Source: the human T2T-CHM13v2.0 reference genome, Homo sapiens
Length of the DNA: 64,000 nucleotides
NCBI RefSeq assembly: GCF_009914755.1
Contig: NC_060927.1
Direction: 5' to 3' (one strand)
The notes under the pieces were generated by a model, which searched no databases, had not been told where the DNA came from, and saw nothing but the letters and a program-made list of their open reading frames with translations. Numbering within the stretch: position 1 is the stretch's first letter; each line of letters begins with the position of its first letter. Below, one piece after another: positions 29,214 through 47,800 of the stretch. A program made the position numbers and the translations under genes.

Positions 29214-30970
29214 ATATTTCACAAAGCCTTCTGTAGGCAAAGCCCATACAAGGCTTACATCACCTAGGTGATCAGTGCAGTGATATATCAAAAAAATCCC
29301 TGTAGACAGAGCCTAGAAAAGAGGTACATCACCTGGGTGATCAGTGCAGATATTTGACACAATGCCCCCATAGACAGAGCCAAGACAAGACTTCCATCAC
29401 CTTCGTGATCAGTGCAGAGATATATCAAATATCCCCCTCTAGGCAGAGTGTAGAGAAGAGTCCCATCACCTGGGTGATCAGTGCAGAGATATGTGAGAAT
29501 TCCCGTGTAGGCACAGCCTAGACAAGTGTTACATCAACTAGGTTATCAGTGCAGGTATAAGTCGTAAAGCCTCCTGTAGGCAGAGCATAGACAAGAGTTC
29601 CGTCCCCAGGGTGATCAGTGCAGAGATGTGTCACAAAGCCCCTGTAGGCAGAACCTAGACAAGAGTTACATCACCTGGGTGATCAGTGCAGAGATATGTC
29701 ACAATGTCACTGTAGGCAGAGCCTAGAGAAGAGTTACATGACCTAGGAGATCAATGCAGAGATACATCGCAATGCCCCTGTAGGCAGAGCCTTGACAGGT
29801 GGTATATCACCTGGGTGACCATTGCAGGTATATGTCACAAAGCACCCTGTAGGCAGATCCTAGAGAAGAGTTGTATCACCTGGGTGATCAGTGCAGTGAT
29901 ATGTCACAAGCACCTTTAGGCAGAGCATAGACAAGAGTTATATCACCTGGGTGATCAGTGCAGTGATATGACACAATGCTGTGTAGCCAGAGCCTAGACT
30001 AAAGTTACAGCACCTGGGAGATCAGTGCAGAGATATGTCACAATGTCCCCAGTAGGCAGAGAACAGGCAAGAGTTGGATCACCTCGGGATCAGTGCAGAG
30101 ATATGTCTCAATCCCCTTGTGGGCACAGCCTAGACAAGAGTTAAATCACCTCGGTTAACAGTGCAGAGATATGTCAAAATGCCCCTGTAGGCAGAGCCTA
30201 CACAAGTGTTACATCACCTGGGTGATCAATGCAGAGATATGTGACAAGGCCCCTTTAAGCAGAACCTAGACAATAGTTACATCACCTGGGTGATCAGTGC
30301 AGAGATCTGTCACAATGCCCCTTTAGGCAAAACTTAGACCAGAGTTACATCATTTGGGTGATCAGTGCAGTGATATGCCACAATACCCCCATAGGCAAAT
30401 CCAAGACAAGAGTCCATCACCTGTCACAATTCCCCCAGGTGGCAGAGCCTAGAGAAGAGTCCCATCACCGGGGTGACCAGTGCAGAGATATTTCACAATG
30501 CCCCTGTAGGCAGAGTGTAAGCAAGAGTTACATCACCTAGATGATCAGTGCACAGATATGTCACAAGGCCCCCTATAGGCAGAGCCTGCACAAGAGTTAC
30601 ATCACCTCGGTGATAAATGCAGTGATATGTCACTATGCCCGTAGGCAGAGCCTAGTCAAGCACTAAATCAAATGGGTGATCAGTGCAGAGATATGTCACA
30701 AAGCCCCCATACACAGAGGCTAGACAAGAGTCCCATCACCTGCGTGATCAGTGCAGAAATATGTCACAATGCCCCCATAGGCAGATCCAACACAAGAGTT
30801 ACATCACCTGGGTGATCAGTGTAGAGATATGTCACAATGCCCGCATAGGCAGAGCCTAGACAAATGTCCCGTCACCTGGGTGATCAGTGCAGAGATATGT
30901 CACAAAGCCCCTGTAGGTAGAGACTAGACAAGTGTTACGTCACTTTGTTGATCAGTTCCGAGATGTGTCA
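29211..30970 (+). repeat. Beta satellite array 3
   Basis: 68-bp monomers between two D4Z4-like fragments. Confidence 0.95.
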
Positions 30971-31345
30971 TGCTGACTGTTTGCTCCTGGAGCTCTGCGG
31001 GCACCCGGAAATATGCAGGGAAGAGTGGAAGTCCGGCATGGTGCCTTCGGTCTCCTTGCCAGTTACCAAACCGGCCACTCTGCAGACTCCCCATGTTGCC
31101 GCACATGGGAATCCATCGTCAGGCCATCACGCCGGGGAGGCATCTTCTGTCTGGGGTTTCGCTCTGGTCTTCTACATGGAAGCGAATGAGAGCCACACGC
31201 CTGCACGTGTGAGACTGTCCCGGCAACGGCGACACCCACAGGCATTGCCTCCTTCACGGAGAGAGGGCCTGAAACACTCCAGACTCCCATGGAGGTTAAG
31301 TTCCACACTCTCCTCCACCCTCCCAGGCTGGTTTCTCCCTGCTGA

Positions 31346-36305
<4,960 letters not shown>

Positions 36306-36308
<3 letters not shown>

Positions 36309-39300
36309 CACTACAGCCTGTGTGACAGAGGGAGACCCTGTTGAAAGAAAGGAGTGGAATGGAAGGGATTGGAATGGAATGGAATGGATTGGAATGCAGT
36401 GGAGTGGAATTGAGTGTAGTGGAGTGGAGTGCAGTGGAATGGAATGGAATGGAATAGTGAAATGAAAAGTGAGCTGAGATTGTGCCACTGCACACCAGCC
36501 TTGGTGACAGAGTGAGATACTGTCAAAAGAAAGTACTGGAATGGAATGGAGTGGGATGGAATGGAATGGAGTGGAATGGAATGTAATGGAGTTGAGAGCA
36601 GTGGAGTGGAGTAGAAAGGAGTGGAATGGAATGGGATGGAAAGAAAAGGACTGGAGTGGATTGGGCTGGGTTGGAGTGGAGTGGAATGGATTGGAGTGGA
36701 GTGGAGTGGAATTTAATGGAGTAGAATACAATGGAATGGTGAAATGAAATGTGAGCTGAGATTCTGCCACTGCGCTCCAGGCTGGGTGACAGAGTGAGAT
36801 ACTCTCGAAAGAAAGGAATGGAATTGAATGCAGTGGAATGGAATGGAATGGATTGGAGTGGAGTGGAGTGGAGTGAAATAGAGAGGAATGGAATGGGATG
36901 GAATGGAATGTAAAGGAATGGTGAAAATAAATGTGAGCTAAGATTGTGCCACTGCACTGCAGCCTCTGTGACAGAGTGAGATCCTTTGGAAAGAAAGGAA
37001 AGGAATGGTATGGAATGGAATGGAGTGGAGTGGAGTGGAGTGGCGTGGAATGGAATGGAATGGAATGGAATGGAATGGAATGGAATGGAATGGAATGGAG
37101 TGGAGTGGAATGTAATGGAATAGACTGGAATGGAATACAATGGAATGCAATGGAATAGAATGCAGTGAAATGGAATGTTGACATGTAATGTGAACAGAGA
37201 TTGTGCCACTGTACTCCAGCCTGGGTGACACAGTGATATCCTGTCGAAAGAAAGGAATGGAATGCAATGGAGTGAAACGGAATGGAATGGAATGGAGTGG
37301 AGAGGAGTGGAGTGGAGTGGAGTAAAGTGGAGTGGAGTGGAATGCAATGGATTGGAATAGGGTGGAGAGGAATGGAATGGAGTGGAATGGAATGGGAGGG
37401 AACGGAGTGGAGTGGAGTGGAGTGGAATGAAGAGTAACGGAGTGGAGTGGAGTGGAATGCAATCGAATGGAATGTAATTGAAAGGAATGAAATGGAGTGG
37501 AATGGAATGAAATGGAATGGAGTGGAGTGGAATGGAGTGGAGTGGAATGGAGTGGAGTGGAGAGGAATGGAGTGGATAGGAGTGGAATGGAGTGGAGTGG
37601 AGTGGAATGGAATGGAGAGGAATTGAACGGAATAGAGTGGAATGGAGTGGAAAAGAGTGGAATGGAATGTAGTGGAATGAAATGGAGTGGAGTGGACTGG
37701 AGTATAGTGTAATGGAATGCAGTGGAATGCAATGTAGTGTAATAGAATGGAATGGAATGGAACGGAATGGAATGGAATGGAATGAAATGGTGAAAAGAAA
37801 TGTGTGCTGAGACTGTGCAAATGCACTACAGCCCGTGTGACAGAGGGAGATCCTGTCGAAAGAAAGGCGTGGAATGGAAGGGATTGGAATGGAATGAATT
37901 GGACTGGAGTGGAGTCGAATTGAGTGGAGTGGAGTGGAGTGGAGTGGAGTGCAGTGGAATAGAATGGAAAGGAATGGAATGCTGAAGTGAAATGTGAGAT
38001 GAGACTGTGCCACTGCACACCAGCCTGGGTGACAGAGTGAGATTCTGTCAAAAGAAAGGAATGGAATGGAATGGAGTGGAATGGAATGGAGTGGAGTGGA
38101 GTGGAAAGGAGTGGAATGGCGTGGGATGGAATGGAGTGGAGTGGAGTAGACTGGAATGGAGTGGAGTGGAGTGGAGTGGAATGGATTGGAGAGGAGTGGA
38201 GAAGAGTGGAGTGGAGTCGAATGGAATGGAATGGAATGAAATCGTGAAATGAAATGTGACCCGAGATTTTGTCACTGCGCTCCAGGCTGGGTGACAGAGT
38301 GAGATTCTTTCAAAAGAAAGCAATAGAATGGAATGCAGTGGAATGGAATGGAGTGGAATGGAGTGGGGTGAAGTGGAGTGGACTGGAATGGGATGGAATG
38401 GAGTGGAATGAAATGGAGATGAGTGGGGTGGAGGGGATTGCAGTGGAATGGAGCAGAATGGAATGGGATGGAATGGAATGGAGTGGAGTGCAGTCGAGAG
38501 GAGAGGAGTGGAATGGAGTTGAATGGCATCGGATATAATGGAATTAAGTGGAGTGGAGTGGAGTGGAATGGAGTGGTATGGAATGGAATTGAATGGAATG
38601 GAATGGAATGGTGAAATGAAATGTGATCTAAGATTGTGCCACTGAACTCCAGTCTGGTTGACAGAGTGAGATCTAGTAGAAATAAAGGAATGGAATGGAA
38701 TGGAGTAGAATGGAATGGAATGGAGTGCAGTGCAGTGGAATGGAGTAGAGTGGAATGGAGTTGAGTAGAAGGGAGTGGAATGGAATGGCATGGAATGGAG
38801 TGGAATGGAATTGAATGGAGTTGAACGGAATGGAATAGAATGAAATGGAATGCAGTGAAATGAATTGGACTAGAATTGAATGGATTGGAGTGGAGGGGAG
38901 TGGAATCGAGTGGAGTGCTATGGAATGGAATGGAGTGGAGTGGGGTGGAGTGGAATGGAAAGGAGTGGAGTGGAATGGAGTGGAGTGGAATGGAATGGGA
39001 AGGAGTGGAGTGGAATGGAATGGCATGGAATGGAGTGGAATGGAATGGAGTGGAGTGGAGAGGAGTAGAATTGAATGGACTGGAGCAGAATGGAGTGGAG
39101 TAGAATGGAATGGAAAGGGAAGGAATGGAATGGAATGGAATGGAATGGAATAGAGTACAATGGAATGGAATGGAGTGGAATGGAATGGAGTGGGGTGGAG
39201 TGGAGTGCAGTGGAGTGGAATGGAGTGGAATGGAGTGAAATGCAGTGGAGTGGAATGGGGTGGAATGGAGTGGAGTCCAGTGGAATGGTATGGAATGGAA

Positions 39301-41505
39301 TGGAATGGAGTGAAGTGGAATGGAGTGGAACGGAATGGAGTGGAGTGGAGTGGAGTGGAATGAAATAGAGTGGAATGGAATGGGATGGAATGGAATGCAA
39401 AGGAATGGTGAAAAGAAATGTGAGCTGAGATTGTGATACTGCACTCCAGCTTTTGTGACAGAATGAGATCCTGTGGAAAGAAAGGAATGGAATGGAATGG
39501 AGTGGAATGTAATGCAGAAGAGGAGAGTGGAGTGGAGTGGAATGTAATGCAGTGGAGGGGAGTGGAGTGGAGTGCAGAGGAGTGGAGTGGAATGGAGTGT
39601 AGTGAAGGGGAGTGGAATTGAGTGGAGTGGAGTGGAATAGAGTGGAATGGAATGGAGTGGAGTGGAGTGGAATGGAGTGGCATGGAGTGGAAAGGAGTGG
39701 AATGGATTGGAGTGGAATGGAGAGGAGTGGAGTGGAGTGGAGTAGAGTGGAATGGAATGGAGTGGAGTGGAGTGGAAAGGAGTGGCATGGAGTGGAATGG
39801 AGTGGAGTGGAGTGGAGTGGAATGGAGTGGAGTGGAGTGCAGTGGAAGGGATTGGAATGGAAAGGAATAGAGTGGAATGGAATGGAATGATATGGTGAAA
39901 AGAAATGTGTGCTGAGATTGTGCCACTGTGCTACAGCCTGTGTGACACAGGGAGATCCTGTCAAAAGAAAGGAGTGGAATGTAAGGGATTGGCATGGAAT
40001 GGAATGGATTGGAGTGGAGTGGAATGGAATTGAGTGGAGTGGAGTGGAGCGCACTGGAATGGAATGGACTGGAGTGGAATGGTGAAATGAAATATGAGCT
40101 GAGATTGTGCCAGTGCACACCAGCCTGGGTGACAGAGTGAGACCCCATCAAAACAATGGAATAGAATGGAGTGGAATGGAATGGAGTGGATTGGAGGGGA
40201 GTGGAGTTGAAAGGAGTGGAATGGAGTGGAGTGGAATGCATTGGAGTGGAGTGGAGCTGAATTGAATGGAATAGAATAGAATGGAAAGGAATGGTGAAAT
40301 GAAATGTGTGCTGAGATTGTGCCACTAGACTCCGGGCTGGGTGACAGAGTGAGATACTCTCAAAAGAAAGGAATGGAATGGAATGCAGTGGAATGGAATG
40401 GAATGGAATGGAATGGAACGGAATGGAATGGAATAGAATGGAATGAAATGGAAAGGAATGGAATGGAGTGAACTGGAGAGGAGTGGATTGGAGAGAAGTG
40501 GGGTGGAGTGGAATGGAGGGGAATGGAATGGGATGGAATGGAATGGAATGAAGTGGAGTGGAGTGGGGTGGAGGGAAGTGCAGTGGAATGGAGCGGAATG
40601 GATTGGGATGGAATGGAATGCAGTGGAGTGGAGTGTAGTTGAGTGGAGAGGAGTGGAATGTAGTGGAATGGAATCGGATGTAATGGAATGTAGAGGAGTG
40701 GAGTGGAGTGGAGTTGAACGGAGTGGAATGGAAGGGAAAGGAATGGAATGGAATGGATGTAAAGGAAAGGAATGGAATGCAATTTAATGTAATGGAATAG
40801 AATGCAATGAAATGGAAAGTTGACATGTAATATGAGCTGAGATAGTGCCACTGCACTCAAGCCTGGGTGACACAGTGACATACAGTGGAAAGGAAGCTAT
40901 GGAATGCAATGGAGTGAAATGTTATGGAATTGAATGGAATTGAGAGGAGGGGAATGGAGTTTAGTGCAATGGAGTCAACTGGAATGGGATGGAGTGGAAT
41001 GGAGTGGAGTGGAGTGAAATAGAGAGGAATGGAATGGGATGGAATGGAATGGAATGGAATTGAATGGTGAAAAGAAATGTGAGCTGAGATTGTGCCACTG
41101 CACTCCAGCCTCTGTGACAGAGTGAGATCCTTTGGAAAGAAAGGAAAGGAATGGTATGGAATGGAATGGAATGGAATGGAGTGGAGTGGAGTGGAGAGGA
41201 GTGGAGTGGAGAGGAGTGGAGTGGAATGGATTGGAGTGGAATGGAATGGAGTGGAGTGGAATGGAATGGAGTAGAATGGAATGGAATGGAGTGGAGTGGA
41301 ATGGAATGGAATGGAGTGGAATGGAATGGAATGGAGTGGAATGGAATGTAATGGAGTGGGATGGAATGCAATGGAAATGAATGCAATGGAATGAAACGGA
41401 ATGGAACGGAATGGAATGGAATGGAATGGTGAAAAGAAATGTGTGCTGAGATTGTGCCACTGCGCTACACCCTGTGTGAGAGAGGGAGATCTTGTCAAAA
41501 GAAAG
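36306..41505 (+). mobile_element. 16 amplified copies of an Alu right-arm 3'-end fragment (~60 bp each), not independent insertions
   Basis: Consensus GTGAGCTGAGATTGTGCCACTGCACTCCAGCCTGGGTGACAGAGTGAGAT..TGTC-AAAAGAAAG matches the Alu 3' end with CpG decay. Approximate starts: 36306 (truncated), 36469, 36751, 36933, 37190, 37802, 37994, 38256, 38623, 39420, 39907, 40094, 40306, 40832, 41079, 41441. Confidence 0.9.
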
Positions 41506-41850
41506 TAGTGGAATGGAAGGGATTGGAATTGCACGGAATGGAATAGGTTGGAGTGGAGTGGACTGAAGTGGAGAGGAGTGGGGTGAATTAGAGTTGACTG
41601 GAATGGAGACAAATGGAATGAGATGGAACGGAATGCAATGGAATGGAATGAAGTGGAGATGAGTTGTGTGGAGAAGATTGTCGTTGAATGGAGCAGAATG
41701 GAAGGGGATGGAGTGGAATGGAGTGCTGTGGAGTGCAGTGCAGAGGAGAGGAGTGCAATGGCATGGAATGGAGTTGGATACAATGGAATTTAGTGTAGTG
41801 GAGCGGAGTAAAGTAGAACGGAGTGGTATGGAATGGAGTGGAATAGAATA
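36306..41850 (+). repeat. GGAGT/GGAAT-rich HSat3-type composite satellite with embedded Alu fragments
   Basis: Pentamer arrays (GGAAT, GGAGT, GCAGT) punctuated every ~160-800 bp by a conserved ~65-bp non-pentamer cassette. The right boundary is approximate. Confidence 0.9.
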
Positions 41851-44800
41851 GAATGGATTCGAATGGAATGGACGGGAATGGAATGGAATGGAATGGACTC
41901 GAATGGAATGGAATCGAATGAAATGGAATCTAATGAAAGGTAATCAAATGGAATGGAATCGAATTGAATGGAAAGGAATGGAACGGTCTCGAATGCAACA
42001 GAATCAAATGGAATAGAATCGAGTGGAATGGAATGGACTCGAATGGATAGGAATGGAAACGAAAGGAATGGAAACGGAATGGATTTGAAAGGAATGGACT
42101 GGAATGGAATGCAATCGAATGGAATGGAATCGAACAGAATGGAATCAAATGGAATGGAATGGATTCGAATGGACTGGACAGGAATGGAATGGTCCTGAAA
42201 GGAAAGGAATGGAATGGAAAAGAAGGGAATGGAATGGAGTGGAATGGAATGGAATAGAATTTAATGGAATGGAACGGACTCGAATGAAATGGCCTGGAGT
42301 GGAATGGAATCGAATGGAATAGAATTGACTGAAATGGAATCGAAAGGGATGGAATAGAATTTAATGGAATAGAATGGATTGGAATGGAATGGAATCTAAT
42401 CAAATCAAATGGAATGGAATAGAATGGAAGGGAAGGGAATGGAAAGGAATAGAATGGAACAGATTCAAATGGAATGGAATGGAATAGAATGGAATGGATT
42501 CAAATGGAATGGAATAGAAATGAATGTAACACAATGGAACGGAATGGAAACTAATAGCATGGAATGGAACGGAATGGAATGGAATGGAATAGATTTGAAA
42601 GGAATGGAATGGACTGGACTCAAAAGGAATGGACTGGAATGGCATGGAATTGAACGGTATGGAATGGAATGGAATGGAATTGAATGGAATGGATTTGAAA
42701 GGAATGGAATGGAAAGGAAAGGAATGGAACAGACTGGAATGGAATGGACTGGAATGAATTGGAATTGAATGGAATGGAATGGAAATGAGTGGAATGCAAT
42801 GGAATGGACTGGAATGGAATGGAATGGAATGGACTGTAATGGAATGGAGTATAATAGAACGGCCCCAAATGGAATCTAATCGAATGGAATGGAATGGAAT
42901 GGAATCAAATGGAATGGAAAGGAATAGAATGGAATCGAATGGAATGGACTCGAATGAAATGTACTGGAATGGAATGGACTCGAATGGAATGGACTGGAAT
43001 GGAATGTATTCAAAGAGAATGGAATTGAATGGAATGGACACGAATGCAATAAAATGGAATGGAATGGACACGAATAGAATGGATTCTAATAGAATGGACT
43101 GGAATGGAATGGATTAAATTGGATGGACTCGAATGGAATGTAATCGAATGGAATGGAATCGAACGGGACAGAATCGAATGGAATAGAATCTAATGGAAAG
43201 GAATCGAATGGAATGGACTGGAAAGAAATGGAATTGATAAGAATGGACTCGAATGGAATGGACTCAAAAGGAAAGGAATTGAATGAAATGGAATTGAATG
43301 GAATGGAATCGAATTTAATGGAATGGAATCGAATGGAATGCAATCGAATGGAATGCAATGGAATGGAATGGAATCGACTGGAATAGAATCTACTAGAATG
43401 GAATGGAATGGAATGGAATGGATTCGATTGGAGTGGACAGGAATGGAATGGACTAGAATGGAATGAACTCAAAAAGAAAGAAATGGAATGGAATGGAATA
43501 GAACAGAATGTAATGGGATCGAATGGAATGGAATCTAATGAAATGCAATCGAACGGAATGCAATAGAATGGAAAGGAATGGAATGGAATAGAAACGAATG
43601 GAATGGAATTGAGTGAAATGGATTCTAATGTAATAGAATTGAATTGATTGAAATGCAATGGAATGGAAAGGACTCGAATGTAGTAGACTGGAATGGAATG
43701 GACTCGAATGAAATGGACTGGAAGGGAATGAGCTCGATTGGAATGCAAACGAATGGAATAGAATCGAATGTAATGAAATCAAATGGAATGAATTGAATGG
43801 AATGAAACCGAATGGAATGCACTGGAATGGAATGGACTCGAATTGAAAGGAATCGAATATAATGGAATGGAACGGAATGAAAAGTAACGGAATGGAATGG
43901 AATCAAATGGAATGGACTCGAATGCAATGCACTGGAATTGAATGGAATCGAGTGGAATGGACTTGAATGGAATGGCGTCTAATGCAATGGAATGGACTGC
44001 AAAAGAATCGAGTTGAATGGAATTATTGGAATGGAGTTGAATGGAATGGATTGGAAAGGAATTGAATCAAATGGAATGGAATCGATTGGAATGGACTAGA
44101 ATGGAATGGACACTAAAGGAATGGAATGAAATGGAATGGTCTCGAATGGAATGGAATGGAATGGAATGGAATGGAAAGGGCTCGAATGGAATGGAACCCA
44201 AAGGACTGGCATCGAATGCAATGGAATCTAATGGAATGGAATCCAATGTAATAGACCGGATTGGAATGAACTCAGATGCAATTGACTGCAAAGGAAAGGT
44301 CTCGAATGGAATGTAACAGAATGCGACGTACTCAAATGGAATGGACTCGAATGGAAAGGAATGGAATGGAATGGAATGGAATGGAATCAAATGGAATCGG
44401 TTGGAATAGCATGGATTTGAACCAAATGGAATGAAATGGAATGGTCTTGAAATTAATGGGCAGGAATGGAATGGAACCGAATGGAATGGAATGAATTGGA
44501 AAGGAATGGATTGGACTCGAATTTAATGGGCAGGAATGGAATGGAACAGAATGGAATGGAATGAATTGGAATGGAATGGATTGGACACGAATGTAATTGA
44601 CTGCAATGGAATGGACTCGAATGGAATGGAATCAAAAGAAATGGAATAGAATGGAATGGAATGGAACTGAATGTATCAGACTGGAATGGAATGGACTCGA
44701 ATGTTATGGACTTGAATGGAATGGACTGGAATGGAATGGAATGGAATCAAATGGAATGGAATCGAATGGAATGGACTGGAATGCAATGGAAATGAATGGA

Positions 44801-47800
44801 CTGGACTGGAATGGAATGTTCTAGAATAAAATGGCATCGAATGAAATGTAACGTACTGGAACGGAATGTATTCCAATGAAATGGCCTGGAAAGGAATTAA
44901 CTCGAACGTAACTGACTTGAATGGAATGCAATTGAATGGCAAGGAATAGAATGTAATGGAATGGAATGGATTGGAATGAAATGGAATGGAATGGAATGGA
45001 AAGGAATGGAATGGAATGGAAGAGAATAGAATGGAATGGAATCGAATGGAGTGGACTATAATGGAATGGATTGGAATGGAATGGATTCAAATGGAATGGA
45101 ATCGAATGGAGCGGATTTGAATGGAATGGACTTGAGTGGCATAGATTCAAATGGAATGGACTGGAATGGAATGCCTTTGAATGGAATGGAATAGAATGGG
45201 ATGGAATCGAATGGAATGGAATCGAATTGAGTGGACTCAAATGGAATGGACTCGAATGTAATGGACTCAAAGGGAATGGACTCGAATGGAATGGAATCTA
45301 AATGAATGGAATGGAATCAAAAGGAATGGAATCGCAAGGAATGGAATGGCATGGAATGGAATGGATTGGAATGGAATCGAGTGGAATGGATTGGAATGAA
45401 ATGTACTGGAATGGAATGGACTGAAAGGGAACATTCTCGAATGGAATGGAATAGAAAGGAATGGACTCGAATGGAATTGAAACAACTGGAATGGAATCTA
45501 GTGGAATGGAATGGAATGGAATGGAGTGGAATGGACAAGAATGGAATGGATTCGAATAGAATGAACATGAATGGAATGGATTCAAATGGGATGGACTCGA
45601 ATGGAATGCATTTGAATGGAATGGAATTGAATGGAATGGAATCAGATGGAATGGACTGGAATTGAATGGATTCATACGGAGTGGACTCGAATGGAATGGA
45701 CTCGAAATGAAAGGAATCCATTGTAATGGAACAGAACGGTATGGAAACGACTTGAATGGAAAGGATTCAAATGGAATGCAATGGAATGGAATGAAATGGA
45801 ATGGAATCAAAAGGAATGGAATCGAGTGGAAGTCTTGAATGGAATGGAATCTAATGGAATGGAATGGAATGGAATGGACTCCAATGGAATGCACTGGAAT
45901 AGAATGGACTCGAAAGGAAAGGACTCGAATAGAAAGGACAAAAAGGAAAGGAATCAAAAGGAATGGAATCGATGGCAATAGAATCGAATGGAATGGAATA
46001 GAAAGGAATGCAAACGAATGGAACGGAATGGTATGGAATGGAATGGAATCAAATGGAAAGTAATTGAGTGGAATGTAGATGAAAGGATAAGAATCTAATG
46101 GAATGGAATCTAATGCAATGGAATCGGACAGAATGGAATGGAATGGAATAGAATGGAATGAAATGGAATGGAATCAAATGTAATGGACCGGAATTGAGTG
46201 GACCCGAATGGAATGGATTGGAATGGAATGAACTCAAATGGAATGCAATAGAATGGAATGGAATCGAATGTAATGGAATCAAATGGCATGGAATTGAATA
46301 GAATGGAATCGAATGGAATAGACGAATAGAATCGACTCGAATGGATTGGAATCAAATATAATAGAATGTAATTTAATGGAATGGAAAGGAATGGAATCAA
46401 ATGGAATGAACTCGAATGGAATGGACTGGAATTGAATGGACTCGAATGGAATGGACTTGAAAGGAATGGAATCTAATGGAATGGAAACAAATTGAATGGA
46501 ATCGATTGGAATGGACTGGAAAGGAATGGAATGGAATGGAATCCAAAGGAATGGAATGGAATGTAACAGAATTGAATGTAACAGAATAGAATGGAATGAA
46601 ATCAAATGAAAAGGGATCAAATGGAATGGAATCATATGGAGTGGAATCAAATTAAATGGAATGGAATTGAATGGAATGGAATCAAATGGAATGGAATCAA
46701 ATTGAAAGGAGTCGAATGGCACGGAATGGAATCGAATGGATTGCAGTGAAGTGGAGTGGAGTGGAATGGACTGGGATGGAATGGAATTGAATGTAGAGGA
46801 CGGGAGTGGAGTTGAATGGACTCAAATGGAATGGAAGGGGAAGGAATGGAATTGAACGGAATGGAGTATAATGGAGTGGAGTGGAATGTAATGCAATGGA
46901 ATGGAATGGAATGGAATAGAATGGAATGGAGTTAATGGATTGCAAAGGAGTGGAATGGAAGGAAGTGGAGTTGGATGGAATGGAGTATAGTGGAATGGAA
47001 TGGAATGGACTCCAAAGGACTGGAGTCAAATGAAATGTAATTGAAAGCAATGGAATGGAACGGAATGGAACGGACTCCAAAGGACTGGAGTCGAACGGAA
47101 TGGAATTGAATGCAAAGGAATGGAATGGAATGGAATGGAACGGAATGGAGTGGAATGCAATGGAATCAAATTGAATGGAATGGAATCGAACAGAATGGAA
47201 TGGAATGGAATGAAATGCAATAGAAAGGACTGGAATAGAATGGAATGGAATGGAATCGAATCGAATTTAATGGAATCAATTAGAATGGGACCGAATAGAG
47301 TGGAATGGAATGGTGTGGAATGGACTAGAATGGAATGGAATGGAAAGGAAAGGGCTCGAATGGAATGGACCCGAATGGAATGGAATCAAATGCAATGGAA
47401 TGCAAAGGAACAGAATAGAATGGAATGGAAGGTAATGGACTCTAATGTAATGGAATGCAATGCTATGGACTCGAATGGAATGGATTCAAATGGAATGGAC
47501 TCGAAAGGAATGGACTCGAATGGAATGGAATCTAATGGAAAGGAATTGAATGAAATGGACTGGAAGGGATCGGTTTCGCACGGAATGGAATGGAATAGAA
47601 TGGAATGGAATGGAATCGAATCGAATGGAATGGACTGAAATGGAATGGACTCGAATGGAATGGACTCCAATGGAATGGACTTGAAAGGAATGCAATCGAA
47701 TGGAATGGAATCGAACGGAATGGATTCGAAGGGAATGAAATGCAATCAAATGGAATGGAATCAAACGGAGTGGAATGGAATGGAATGGAATGGAATGGAC

